A stretch of 62,305 nt of DNA from Pseudomonadota bacterium (GTDB lineage: Bacteria > Pseudomonadota > Gammaproteobacteria > Burkholderiales > Burkholderiaceae_D). Positions within the stretch are counted from its first letter, which is position 1; the number at the start of each line of letters is the position of its first letter. The notes under the pieces were generated by a model. That model had not been told where the DNA came from and did not search any database. It saw only the letters and a list, made by a program, of their open reading frames with translations. Position numbers and translations under genes: made by a program. The DNA is taken from the NCBI GenBank assembly GCA_023392035.1, contig JAEVZY010000357.1:1-62305 (forward strand), written 5' to 3'. Below are positions 52,574-62,172 of this stretch, piece after piece.

Positions 52574-52972
52574 TCAGACGACAAAGGGCGGCGCGCGCGA
52601 ATGCGCGCTGGACCACACAAACAGCCGATGCGGTGCCTGGTAGTACAGGAAGGGAAAGCCCGAAGACATTTCGGGGACGGGAAGACCAAAGCCCGCGCTG
52701 GGCGCCATGGCCGGCATCACACCATGGCCGGCGCAGAAGGGGCAGTGTTCCAGATGCGAAGTGGGCGCGGATTTCGAAGCGGAGGCCGGATCGGCGCCAT
52801 CAGGCGCCTTCTCATGGGCCACGCCCATGACCGAGCAGATTTCCATCTGCGCCGCGTTTGCGCTTTGCGCAAGGGTCCAGGCATGGGAAACGGAAGGCGC
52901 AAAAGCGGCCAGGAGGATCGCCAGACAAGCGATCCATGCGGCAAATCTTTGCGTTGTTTTCCCGAGGCCCAT
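52574..52972 (-). CDS. DUF2946 (CruR-like) leader protein
   Basis: N-terminal hydrophobic helix (AWIACLAILLAAFAP), EICS, HCPFC and C-terminal SRAPPFVV. Confidence 0.88.
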   Translation of the reverse strand: MGLGKTTQRFAAWIACLAILLAAFAPSVSHAWTLAQSANAAQMEICSVMGVAHEKAPDGADPASASKSAPTSHLEHCPFCAGHGVMPAMAPSAGFGLPVPEMSSGFPFLYYQAPHRLFVWSSAHSRAPPFVV

Positions 52973-53087
52973 GGGGCGCCATACTAGCAGCAGACACAAC
53001 ACATGTCTCCCGGTAAAACGCACTTCCCGCGCGAAGCATAATCCAGATTAAGAAAACCGGATTCAACACTTCGCGGCAAACGCCAGG

Positions 53088-54191
53088 CTAGGGCGTAATC
53101 GCCACCTTCAACACGCCATCGCGCTGGTTGCCGAACAGCTCATAGGCCTTTTCAATTTCATCCAGCTTGAAGCGATGCGTCACCATCGGCTTCAAGTCCA
53201 GGCGCTCGGAGCCGACGATATTCAGCAAGCGACGCATGCGCTCCTTGCCGCCGGGGCACAGCGTGGTCACGATCTTGTGGTCGCCCAGGCCGGCGGCGAA
53301 GGCGTCCGCCGGCAAGGCCAGCTTGCCGGCATACACGCCCAGGCTCGACAGCGTTCCCGCCGGCTTCAATACCCGCAGGCAGGACTCGAAGGTGCCCTGC
53401 GTGCCCAGCGCTTCGATCGCCACGTCCACGCCGCGGCCATCGGTCAGGCGCATGATTTCCTGCACCGGATCGGTCTGGCGGAAATTGATCACCTCGTCCG
53501 CGCCCAGGCGCTTGGCCATTTGCAGGCGCTCCGGCACGCCGTCCACGGCGATGATCTTGCTGGCGCCCTTCAGGCGCGCGCCGGCCGTTGCGCACAAGCC
53601 GATCGGTCCCTGCGCGAACACCACCACGCTGTCGCCGATCTTGATGTTGGCGCTTTCCGCGCCACTGAAACCGGTGCTCATGATGTCTGGACACATCAGC
53701 ACTTCTTCATCCGACAAATGCGCCGGCACCGGGGTGAGGTTGGCCATGGCAAACGGCACGCGCAGGTATTCGGCCTGGCAACCGTCGATGGTATTGCCGA
53801 AGCGCCAGCCGCCCATGGCGTGGCCGGTGCATTGCGACCAGTGTCCATCCAGACAGGTTTCGCATTGGCCGCAGGGCGTGATGGCGCCGATGATGACGCG
53901 TTGCCCGACTTCATAGCCGGTCACGCCCGGTCCGAGCGCGGCAATCACGCCCACCGGCTCATGGCCGATGATGGTGCCCGGCTTCACCACATGCTCGCCT
54001 TTGAGGATGTGAATATCGGTGCCGCAGATGGTGGTGGTGGTGATCTTGACCAGGGCATCGCCTGGTCCGATGGTGGGAATGGGTTTCTCGTCCAGGATGA
54101 TCTTTCCGGGCTGGACAAAAACCGCCGCTTTCATGGTCTTCTTGCCCGGCTCCATGCCTGAAGCAGTCGAGCGCGATCCACTGGCTTCCAT
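53088..54191 (-). CDS. Zn-dependent alcohol dehydrogenase (MDR)
   Basis: ICGTD, GHE, CGQCETC...C and QGPIGL motifs; GGAGG before ATG 54191 (alternative start 54134). Confidence 0.93.
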   Translation of the reverse strand: MEASGSRSTASGMEPGKKTMKAAVFVQPGKIILDEKPIPTIGPGDALVKITTTTICGTDIHILKGEHVVKPGTIIGHEPVGVIAALGPGVTGYEVGQRVIIGAITPCGQCETCLDGHWSQCTGHAMGGWRFGNTIDGCQAEYLRVPFAMANLTPVPAHLSDEEVLMCPDIMSTGFSGAESANIKIGDSVVVFAQGPIGLCATAGARLKGASKIIAVDGVPERLQMAKRLGADEVINFRQTDPVQEIMRLTDGRGVDVAIEALGTQGTFESCLRVLKPAGTLSSLGVYAGKLALPADAFAAGLGDHKIVTTLCPGGKERMRRLLNIVGSERLDLKPMVTHRFKLDEIEKAYELFGNQRDGVLKVAITP

Positions 54192-54338
54192 GCTTTGCCT
54201 CCAAGTCCAGAATGCCTGACCACTCATTCTGCGGCATCGCAAAGCGCTCAACCACCCGCGATACGGACGACACTGATCTGTCTCAGGCTTGATTTGATTG
54301 GCGCGCTCTTGCCGCGAACCGGCGCATGGATTTCGGCA

Positions 54339-55100
54339 TTAGTTCTTGTCGGCGCGCATGGGCCGGGAAGACCGTCGCGCTTTCTTTCCCGCGCCCAGTT
54401 GATAGCGCATCAATGCCGCTTCGAAGTCGGCGAAGTTGGCGGCTTTGCCACCGCTTTTGCGCCAGACGGCTTGCAACTGCTCCAGCACCTGGGCCGGGTT
54501 GGCGCGCCCGCTGTCGATATAGCCCAGGCTGCGCGCGGCCAGCACCACTTTCTGGCTGGGCAAGGGTTGCGCGTGGGGCCATATGCCACGCAGTTCGCGC
54601 AGAAATATCGAGGCGGTCACCGGGCCGATGCCGCTGGCCAGTTGGCACAGCGCGCCTTCCAGTGCCTCTTCACTGTCGGCGCCGTCGCGCAGCTTGCGCA
54701 GGTCGCCGCCATAGTGCTGCTGCAGCGCCGCGCTGGCTGCATGCAGTTTGTCGGCGGTCTTGAAGTCGTAGCGCGCATAACCGCCGCGGTCGAGCAGGTT
54801 CACCACCCGGTCACGGTCGGCTTCGAGGATGGCGCGCGCTGAGTTCAAGCCGGCCTCGGTCAAGGTCTGCCAGGTCTGCAGCGCCAGGCGTTCGGAAATG
54901 CGCGCGCCCAAAAGAAGCGCCGCCAGAAACCACTTGAACAATTCCTGCGGCCGCTCGCTGTCGAGCTTGATGCCCAGTTGCAGCGACCAGCGGCCGCCCA
55001 GGCTGCGCACCAGTTCGCGCGGCGTCGGGGCTTGTGCCTTGTCGCCGGCTGGCGCGACCTTGCGCGCGCGTGTGGAGTGGGACTGTGTGGCGCGTACCAT
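54339..55100 (-). CDS. HhH-GPD/endonuclease III-like protein
   Basis: FKWFLAALLLGARI, GGYARYD and HhH-like GIGPVTASIFLREL. Start uncertain. Confidence 0.7.
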   Translation of the reverse strand: MVRATQSHSTRARKVAPAGDKAQAPTPRELVRSLGGRWSLQLGIKLDSERPQELFKWFLAALLLGARISERLALQTWQTLTEAGLNSARAILEADRDRVVNLLDRGGYARYDFKTADKLHAASAALQQHYGGDLRKLRDGADSEEALEGALCQLASGIGPVTASIFLRELRGIWPHAQPLPSQKVVLAARSLGYIDSGRANPAQVLEQLQAVWRKSGGKAANFADFEAALMRYQLGAGKKARRSSRPMRADKN

Positions 55101-55169
55101 GCCTGCATCGTATTGATGCGCCGGCGCCGCTGGCTTGAGCCGCCTCAAGGATGGACGCCCTACTCGCCC

Positions 55170-55364
55170 TCAGGCATCCCGCTTGACGATCCTGACCCAG
55201 TAGCCGGTTCCGGCCGACGTCTCGGCGATGCCGAACAAGGCCCGCACGCGGGATTCGGTTCGAACCTGCGAATGAATTTCTTCCGCAAGACAGCGGTCAT
55301 TGGCATACACGACATAGTCGTCGAACACCCAGCGTTTGCGATCGATTGCAAATTGCGGTTCCAT
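55170..55364 (-). CDS. Hypothetical 64-aa protein
   Basis: Strong GGAGGTGA RBS before the ATG; co-oriented with flanking genes. Confidence 0.6.
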   Translation of the reverse strand: MEPQFAIDRKRWVFDDYVVYANDRCLAEEIHSQVRTESRVRALFGIAETSAGTGYWVRIVKRDA

Positions 55365-55464
55365 GACTCACCTCCCCCACCTGCCGATGAATGAAGGATG
55401 AACGGTCATCCTGACGTTGGGCTGTCGATTCGTGCATCGAAATGTATCCACGGCCTGCGCGCTC

Positions 55465-56364
55465 TCAGTGGTTCAGCCGGCCGCCGGCGCCGCGGATTTC
55501 GCCGGTGCCGCCGGGACGATACAAGGCGCCGTCCGGATCGCGCGGCGCTTCATCGTATTGCTGACGATTGGCCAGCCTGGCTTCCATTCTTTCGGCCAGG
55601 CCGGGCAACAGATTGTGCATTGCCGTATCGAGCTTGCTGCGCATGCCGACCTTGACCTCGCGCGTCGGTTTGGTGGCGGCATCCAGGATCGCTTCAGCCA
55701 CCTGGCGCGGATCGAGCTGCGGGGCCGGCAGCTTCGGTTCGTGCGTCATGTAGTTCTTGGCGTGCTGCGGAAAAGGCGTGTCCACCGCGCCCGGCTCGAT
55801 CAAGGTGATGGAAACCGGCGCGTGGTCGATCTGTTCCACTTCCACCCGCAAGGCATCGGTGAAGCCCTTCACCGCATGCTTGGAGGCGGAGTACATGCCT
55901 TGCAGCGGGACCACCGCTTGCGACACTTCGCTGCCGACATTGATCAGCGCGCCGCCCTGCTTCTTCAGATGGGGCAAGGCCACCAGCGAGCCGTTCACCA
56001 CGCCCCAGAAATTGGTGTCGAACAGGCGCCGGCTGTCGTCTTCGCTGACCTGGTCCAGCCGGCCGTAGATGGAGCCGCCGGCATCGTTGACCCAGGTGTC
56101 GATGCGTCCGAAGCGCTGGATCGCGGCATTTGCGATCTGCTGCACCTGCCAACGGTTGCCGACATCGGCCACGACATAAATCGCTTCCACACCCGCCACT
56201 TCCAGTTCCAGCACCAGCGAGGCCAGGGTCGCTTCGCTGCGCGCGGCCAGCACCAGTTTGGCCTTCTGCTGCGCCGCCGCATGCACCGTTGCAAGACCGA
56301 TGCCGCTGGAAGCGCCGGTAATCACCATCACTTGCTGGTCCAGGGGTTTCAAAGTGAGAGACAT
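55465..56364 (-). CDS. SDR-family oxidoreductase
   Basis: TGASSGIG, VNDAG and YSASK motifs. Confidence 0.93.
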   Translation of the reverse strand: MSLTLKPLDQQVMVITGASSGIGLATVHAAAQQKAKLVLAARSEATLASLVLELEVAGVEAIYVVADVGNRWQVQQIANAAIQRFGRIDTWVNDAGGSIYGRLDQVSEDDSRRLFDTNFWGVVNGSLVALPHLKKQGGALINVGSEVSQAVVPLQGMYSASKHAVKGFTDALRVEVEQIDHAPVSITLIEPGAVDTPFPQHAKNYMTHEPKLPAPQLDPRQVAEAILDAATKPTREVKVGMRSKLDTAMHNLLPGLAERMEARLANRQQYDEAPRDPDGALYRPGGTGEIRGAGGRLNH

Positions 56365-56658
56365 GCGACACCTTTGTGCAGTGCAAACCGGTCCCGCCGA
56401 GTAGCCGAGATTTCGCTTCGAGGGCGCAGGTGATAACAAGTTTCAGGTCAGACTCCGGTCCGCTGCTCATCCAGGCGGATTTTCCGCATGACTTCCATTC
56501 CATGCATGCATGGCAGGCAGACGAGTTGGATTTTGAAGCGCCGAGGCAATTCAAGCGTGAAGTCGAACGGATTCCGGGGCGACAAGTCATACATCGTCCT
56601 CAACAAGGCGCACATCATCGATCACTGCGCTATCCGGAATGGAAGACCAGCTTGAATC

Positions 56659-57732
56659 ATGAATGCAACGCTCGACAGGCGTCGTCGCCTTCTACTGCTG
56701 AGCACAGCCGCCGGCTTGGCCACCACTCGCCTGAGCTTGGCGGCTGAGCCGGCCGTCCTGCCTCCGCCCTTGCGCCGCATTGCCATGCCCGCAGGCGATG
56801 GGCTACCGTCCTTCAATGGCGCGCTTGGCTGGATCAATAGCCCGCCGCTGGATGCCGCAGCGCTGCGCGGCAAGCCAGTGTTGGTCAACTTCTGCACCTA
56901 CACCTGCATCAACTGGTTGCGCACCCTGCCGTGGGTCAAGGCCTGGGCCGCCAAATACCAGGAGCAAGGTTTGCTGACCGTGGGCGTGCACACGCCCGAG
57001 TTCAGTTTCGAAAGAGACCCGGTCAACGTGCGGCCGGCGCTGTCACGCTTGGGCATCGACTATGCGGTGGCGATCGACAGCGAACACGCCATCTGGCGCG
57101 CGTTCAACAACCAATACTGGCCGGCGCTGTATCTGGCCGATGCGCAGGGCCGCATTCGCTATCGACAGTTCGGCGAAGGCGACTATGCGCAAACCGAGAG
57201 AATGATCCAAAAGGTGCTGGGCAAGGGCGAGAGCGCGCTGGTGCGCCCCGAAGCGCAGGGCATCTCGCTGCCCGCTGACTGGAAGCAGCTGCGCTCGCCG
57301 GAAAATTATCTGGGATCGGCACGCACCGAGAATTTCGCTTCACCCGGCGGCAAAGGCAGTCGTCGTGGGTACGAGCTGCCCGCCTCACTGCAATTGAACC
57401 AATGGGCCCTGGCTGGCGATTGGACCATGGGTGAAGAAGCCAGCGTCTCCAACCGGCCTCGCGCCCGCCTGGCCTGCCGCTTTCATGCGCGCGACCTGCA
57501 TCTGGTGATGTCGCCATCGTCCAGCGACAAACCGCTGCGCTTTCAGATCAAGCTGAACGGTCAGCCGCCCGGCATGCATCACGGCCTGGATATCGATGAA
57601 CAAGGCATGGGCAGCCTGCACGCGCCGGGCCTGTACCAGTTGATCCGGCAAAAGCAGGCGATTGCGGATCAGGCGTTTGAGATTGAATTTCTCGAACCCG
57701 GCGCGCAGATCTACGCCTTCACTTTTGGCTGA
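56659..57732 (+). CDS. DipZ-like thioredoxin-domain protein with putative Tat signal
   Basis: RRRRLL signal; WINSPPL, TYTCINW, GVHTPEF, YWPALY and C-terminal YAFTFG. Confidence 0.88.
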   Translation: MNATLDRRRRLLLLSTAAGLATTRLSLAAEPAVLPPPLRRIAMPAGDGLPSFNGALGWINSPPLDAAALRGKPVLVNFCTYTCINWLRTLPWVKAWAAKYQEQGLLTVGVHTPEFSFERDPVNVRPALSRLGIDYAVAIDSEHAIWRAFNNQYWPALYLADAQGRIRYRQFGEGDYAQTERMIQKVLGKGESALVRPEAQGISLPADWKQLRSPENYLGSARTENFASPGGKGSRRGYELPASLQLNQWALAGDWTMGEEASVSNRPRARLACRFHARDLHLVMSPSSSDKPLRFQIKLNGQPPGMHHGLDIDEQGMGSLHAPGLYQLIRQKQAIADQAFEIEFLEPGAQIYAFTFG

Positions 57733-57759
57733 ACCGGCTCTTGTTCTTGGCGGTTGAAC

Positions 57760-58572
57760 TTACAGGGGACGCTTTTGCCGAAATGCCTGTGACGATGCAT
57801 GCGTCTCATCATGCGCCGCATGGTTGAAGGGCTGGCGCTCCATCATCACACGCCACAGCTTGCGCCATGTGGCCCAGTTATGGCCACCGGGAAGCACTGC
57901 CACCCGCTCGGGCGGAAGTACCTGGCCAAGCAAGGCATTGCCGGGGGCGAAACGATCGTCGCCGCCATAGCCCAGCCAGAGTTGCGTGCCGCGTGAAGCC
58001 AGCACCGCCTGGTTGCGCAGCCACAGCCAGGTGCGGCGGGAAATATCATGCGGGCCGCTCGGTTGTGCATGCCAGCGCATCAGGCCGCCGGCGGCTTGAA
58101 TCTCGCGCACGACCTGTGCTTCGCCGGGGTAAGGCGCCAGCATTATCAGGCCGGCCAGGCGGCCCGGATGATGGGCGGCAAAGGCGGCTGCACCCAGGCC
58201 GCCCATCGAGATGCCGGCCAGCCAGAGTTCGGTATAGCCGGCGGCATTGGCGGCAACCAGCACGTCTTCAGTCAGACGGTCAAACAGGGCGTGCGTGTGG
58301 TAATAGCCGTAGTGGGCATCGACTGCCACCGCGTGGACTTCCGGCTGCAAGCGCTGCAATTCGTGGATGAAGCCATGGCGTTCGAAGTCTTCGGCCAGGT
58401 CGCCGATGCCTGGCAGCAGGATCAGCAAAGTGCGGCTGAGCGGCGCGCCCGGATATTCCATGCGCAGCAGTGGACCCTTGGCGCCGAGCAAGGACATGCC
58501 GGCCGGACCGAGCAGCGAAAGCCGGGCCCGGAATATGCGCTCCAGTCTGCGCAGGCGCCAACCCCAATCCAT
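57760..58572 (-). CDS. Alpha/beta hydrolase
   Basis: LPGIGD, GISMG nucleophile elbow, GGH. Start uncertain. Confidence 0.85.
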   Translation of the reverse strand: MDWGWRLRRLERIFRARLSLLGPAGMSLLGAKGPLLRMEYPGAPLSRTLLILLPGIGDLAEDFERHGFIHELQRLQPEVHAVAVDAHYGYYHTHALFDRLTEDVLVAANAAGYTELWLAGISMGGLGAAAFAAHHPGRLAGLIMLAPYPGEAQVVREIQAAGGLMRWHAQPSGPHDISRRTWLWLRNQAVLASRGTQLWLGYGGDDRFAPGNALLGQVLPPERVAVLPGGHNWATWRKLWRVMMERQPFNHAAHDETHASSQAFRQKRPL

Positions 58573-58728
58573 GCGTTTGTCTGCCCTCTTTTGTTTATCC
58601 GTTTTATTCGGTCGATCTGGCCGCAGTCTGTGCCGCCCGCATGCACATGCCTTTGCGCCGCCGCAAGCAGCCGAAAACGGAAAGCGACTGTAGTGGAAAG
58701 TTCCTTTATTCATGCTTACATGGAGAGC

Positions 58729-59505
58729 ATGGAAGCTTCTGTTTCGCCGGACGTGGCCGAGCGCCCGACTCTGGGTCAGCGCTTGGCGGGCTGCGGCCTG
58801 TGGGTGATGCTGGCGCTGGCGCTGCTGGTATTGGTGCCAGGTTCAGGCATGGGCTTTCGCACGCCGTGGGCGCGGCCGCTGGCGCGCGGCTTGGTTCGCG
58901 CTTTGCTGCGGCTGGCCGGGTTTTCAGTCAAGGTGCTGGGGCTGGAGCACTTGCCGACGGGACCGCATGTGCTGCTCATCAATCATTCAAGTTTCTTCGA
59001 TCCCATCGCTTTGGTGGCGCTGCTGCCGGCCCTACCTGGCTATGCCTTTGTCACCCGCCAGCAATATCGTCGGCAAGTCGTGCTGTGGCCCCTGGTGCGC
59101 AGCCTGGGCGTGGTGCTGCTGGAGCGCCCTGCCGGGTCATATACCGCTAACGTGAGCCTATTGCGCGAACGCCTTGCCGCCGGTGAACGTCTGGCGGTAT
59201 TCCCCGAAGGGCGCTTTCGACGCGAACCGGGCTTGCAGGCTTTTCATTCGGGGATTTTTCAGGCGGCAGCGGCGGCGGGCGTGCCGGTGGTACCGGCGGG
59301 ATTGCGGGGCACGCGAGAAGTTTTGCCCTTGGGGAGTTGGTTGCCCCGGCGGGCGGCGATCACCTTGGAAATTGGAGAGCCAGTGCTGCCGGCACGGCAT
59401 CATCCGCAGGCAGCGGACGCCTTGCGACAGGCGGCGCGGGGGGAGATGTTGGGATTGAGTGGGGAGGTGGATGCTTGTGGGTTTGTGGATAGGGAGAGGT
59501 GTTGA
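58729..59505 (+). CDS. Lysophospholipid acyltransferase (PlsC family)
   Basis: NHSSFFD and FPEG motifs; GGAG RBS. Confidence 0.88.
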   Translation: MEASVSPDVAERPTLGQRLAGCGLWVMLALALLVLVPGSGMGFRTPWARPLARGLVRALLRLAGFSVKVLGLEHLPTGPHVLLINHSSFFDPIALVALLPALPGYAFVTRQQYRRQVVLWPLVRSLGVVLLERPAGSYTANVSLLRERLAAGERLAVFPEGRFRREPGLQAFHSGIFQAAAAAGVPVVPAGLRGTREVLPLGSWLPRRAAITLEIGEPVLPARHHPQAADALRQAARGEMLGLSGEVDACGFVDRERC

Positions 59506-59684
59506 AAAGCCGGGTGGCCTGGCGAATCGACCGGGCTGCGAGTGCCGGCGCCTGGGCACAGTAGCCATGGCTTGAACGAAACGCCCATGATAATCTGCAT
59601 CGAAGCGAACATTCCGTGAGCCGCCCTCGCCATGAACAAGCCGCTGCGCGAAGGGCGACTGCTCCATAGCCAAGGAATGAAATC

Positions 59685-59891
59685 ATGGCTGCAGAACTGA
59701 AGATCGATGAGTATCCCCAGCTCGCCCTGCTTGCCTGGAATCGTGCCGTCCGAGAAATCGACGAAGACGAGGCGTTCGCGCTTTATGAGCGCAATTGGCG
59801 CTTCGTTGAAGTGGACCGCTTGACGCCTCACGAAGCAGATCTGATTGCGCGCTTGACGCAGCAATATGGGAATGGAGTGCTGAATGTTTAA
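59685..59891 (+). CDS. 68-aa protein, putative partner of AbiEii
   Basis: AAGGA RBS; YPQL..LAW and ALYERNWRFV; overlaps the AbiEii start by 8 nt. Confidence 0.75.
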   Translation: MAAELKIDEYPQLALLAWNRAVREIDEDEAFALYERNWRFVEVDRLTPHEADLIARLTQQYGNGVLNV

Positions 59892-60558
59892 GCGTGAACA
59901 TCACAGGAAGGTTCTGGGCATTCTTGAGAAAATGAACCGAAGCTTCCTGGAAGATGCGAAATGCTACTTTGGCGGAGGAACAGCCATTGCGCTTCTTCAT
60001 GACGAATTCCGCGAGTCTCTCGACATCGATTTTCTTTGCGCGGACCAGGACGGCTATCGGAAGCTGAGAAGCTCCGTGTTCGACAAGGGACTGGGCGACA
60101 TTTTCTCCGGGCCGATCGAACTGCTGCGGGACGTGCGTGCTGACCGCGATGGCATTCGCACGGTGCTTTCCGCTGGCGGAACGCCCATCAAATTCGAAAT
60201 CGTCAGGGAAGCCAGGATCGAGTTGAGTGCAATGACCGTTCCCGACTTGCCTGTGCCCTGCCTCTCAATCACCGATCTCTTTGCCGAGAAATTATTGGCA
60301 AACGCCGATCGGTATGCCGACAAAAGCGCCTTGAGCCGAGACATCATTGACTTGATGATGATGGAATCGAAATCCGGAGGCATCCCGAGAGCTGCATGGG
60401 ACAAGGCCTCGAGCGCGTACGGGGATTCGGTACGTGGCGCGTATGAGAAGGCAAAGGATTTGCTTCGCTCTGATCCGGCTTATCTGCGCAGCTGTCTGAT
60501 GAAGATGGGTATCGGCGAGGAAGTGAGCAGCAGGTTGGAGGAAGCTTTGAGTCTTTGA
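59884..60558 (+). CDS. AbiEii/AbiGii-family nucleotidyltransferase
   Basis: FGGGTAIAL...R.S.DIDF, EKLLA and RDIID motifs. Confidence 0.88.
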   Translation: MFKREHHRKVLGILEKMNRSFLEDAKCYFGGGTAIALLHDEFRESLDIDFLCADQDGYRKLRSSVFDKGLGDIFSGPIELLRDVRADRDGIRTVLSAGGTPIKFEIVREARIELSAMTVPDLPVPCLSITDLFAEKLLANADRYADKSALSRDIIDLMMMESKSGGIPRAAWDKASSAYGDSVRGAYEKAKDLLRSDPAYLRSCLMKMGIGEEVSSRLEEALSL

Positions 60559-60592
60559 AGGAGACCATCAGTACACCGGGCTCTTCCAAGAC

Positions 60593-61276
60593 CTAGCGGT
60601 CTAAACGAACTCCACTACAGACCGGAAAGGCACTGCATCCCCAAAATTCCTCGCCGGCCTTGCTGCCTGTTTTTATAGTCCTGCGCACCATGGCCGCTGC
60701 GCATTTTGGGCACTTTAGCTCAGGCGTCTTGACCGCCACGCTTGAGTCGATGGATAAACTGGTGGGAGGCGTGCCCTGCACTTGCATTGCGCTCATCAGG
60801 CAGTTGCGAACATCGGCAACGACGTAAGCAGCACTTGCTGGAAACGTGACGAGAGCTAGACCGATGTCACTGCAAACTTGACTGAGAAAAGTGTCGCGTG
60901 CCTGGGTCTTCTTTCGTTTATGCGATTTGTCATTCAACTCGATCACACAAAGAACTGAGAGTCGCGCCGCATCACAGATCACGAAATCGAAATGCTTAGC
61001 GCTGATACGATTAAACGCGCGCAGATGGTGGGCACGATTGGACGTCGACTTAACTGTAACAACGTCCGCCACCCGGACTTTGCCGAAGACTCGATACTCG
61101 GAGCCGAGCGCTTGTTCAAGCACTCCATGGAAAGAGCGCTCGGCCGGTGTGAAAAGCGCTTGCGCCTTTTCGTAAAGACTCCGATTTCCCTGAGCGCCAG
61201 CCTTCAGTACTCGCAACAGCGCAATGGCCACTACTGCGGCCAGCATCAGGACTAATAGCAGGATGTGAGGTTTCAT
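60593..61276 (-). CDS. DUF2726-type nuclease-fold protein with N-terminal TM and C-terminal zinc ribbon
   Basis: LFTPAE, KVRVADV, HFDFV..IELNDKSH; CPKC...FWGCSAFPVC. Confidence 0.85.
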   Translation of the reverse strand: MKPHILLLVLMLAAVVAIALLRVLKAGAQGNRSLYEKAQALFTPAERSFHGVLEQALGSEYRVFGKVRVADVVTVKSTSNRAHHLRAFNRISAKHFDFVICDAARLSVLCVIELNDKSHKRKKTQARDTFLSQVCSDIGLALVTFPASAAYVVADVRNCLMSAMQVQGTPPTSLSIDSSVAVKTPELKCPKCAAAMVRRTIKTGSKAGEEFWGCSAFPVCSGVRLDR

Positions 61277-62172
61277 TTAAGTCGCGCTCGGTAGGCAATC
61301 GGCTCAAGCTTGATGGCTTCGGTTGAGAGACCGGGTAACAGGAAGACTCTCGGATCGCTGCGGAACGAGTACACGCGATAGAGATAAAAATTGCTACCGG
61401 ACGACTCAGAAAACTTTCTTTCGTTTTCGGTGATGAAGAAAGGAGTCAATGCCCCGGCATTGGTGGTCTTGACTTCAATATGTCGCGGCTGCCCGGTCAA
61501 TTCCCAAGATAAGACATCGTATCCAGCACCGTCGCCGTCCTCTTTTGCTACCCACCGAACTTTGTCGGCGAGGTCTTGGCGCTTGGCGGCCTGAAGGCGC
61601 AGTCTCTCAAGCTGAACAACGAAGAATTCGCCTTGTTCTCCCAGACTTTTGTTGATGGCGTCCCGCTGAGCGATTGATGCCGGATTCAGTTTCCTCGGAA
61701 AGAAGTCGTTCGCCATTCGATCGTCAAACGATCTGCCCTCAGGAGGCGCCGGATCTATAAACGAGAGACTAATCTGTGGAGGGGTGGTCGCAGGCGGGGG
61801 GCTCTCGACTAGAGCGCGCAGCAACTCCTCGCAGATCAACGGGTTCGCAGTCAAATACTTACCGACCAGCTCATAAAGCAGAGCCTGATAGTTGCCCCGC
61901 GGTTTATAGCCAGGGATGTACCTCAATCCTCGCCGATTGAGCACCGCGCTGATGTTCGCGTGCTTCAGTTCCACTGCGGCCTTGGAGCGGCCCGCTAGCT
62001 TCGCTCGCAAGCGGTCGTTGTGTGCCGACTTGTTGTACGGGATGCCGTTTAACTCATCCGACAGCATAGAGAAATAGTCAGCCACCGTTGCTTCTACTTC
62101 ATCCGCCGTCCAGGGGAGTCCAACTCCACCCGCTCTCGCGGGAATGCCTTCTACTGCCAGATCTGCGCTCAC
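61273..62172 (-). CDS. DUF3883-type PD-(D/E)xK endonuclease-like protein
   Basis: WTADEVEATVADY N-terminal domain; GEQGE, DGAGYDVLS, IEVKTT and FFITENE motifs. Confidence 0.85.
   Translation of the reverse strand: MSADLAVEGIPARAGGVGLPWTADEVEATVADYFSMLSDELNGIPYNKSAHNDRLRAKLAGRSKAAVELKHANISAVLNRRGLRYIPGYKPRGNYQALLYELVGKYLTANPLICEELLRALVESPPPATTPPQISLSFIDPAPPEGRSFDDRMANDFFPRKLNPASIAQRDAINKSLGEQGEFFVVQLERLRLQAAKRQDLADKVRWVAKEDGDGAGYDVLSWELTGQPRHIEVKTTNAGALTPFFITENERKFSESSGSNFYLYRVYSFRSDPRVFLLPGLSTEAIKLEPIAYRARLK

Noticed and set aside
54273..54286. FNR-like box CTGAT-N4-CTCAG upstream of the alcohol dehydrogenase
   Set aside because: Only 7 of 10 consensus positions match; too weak to call.
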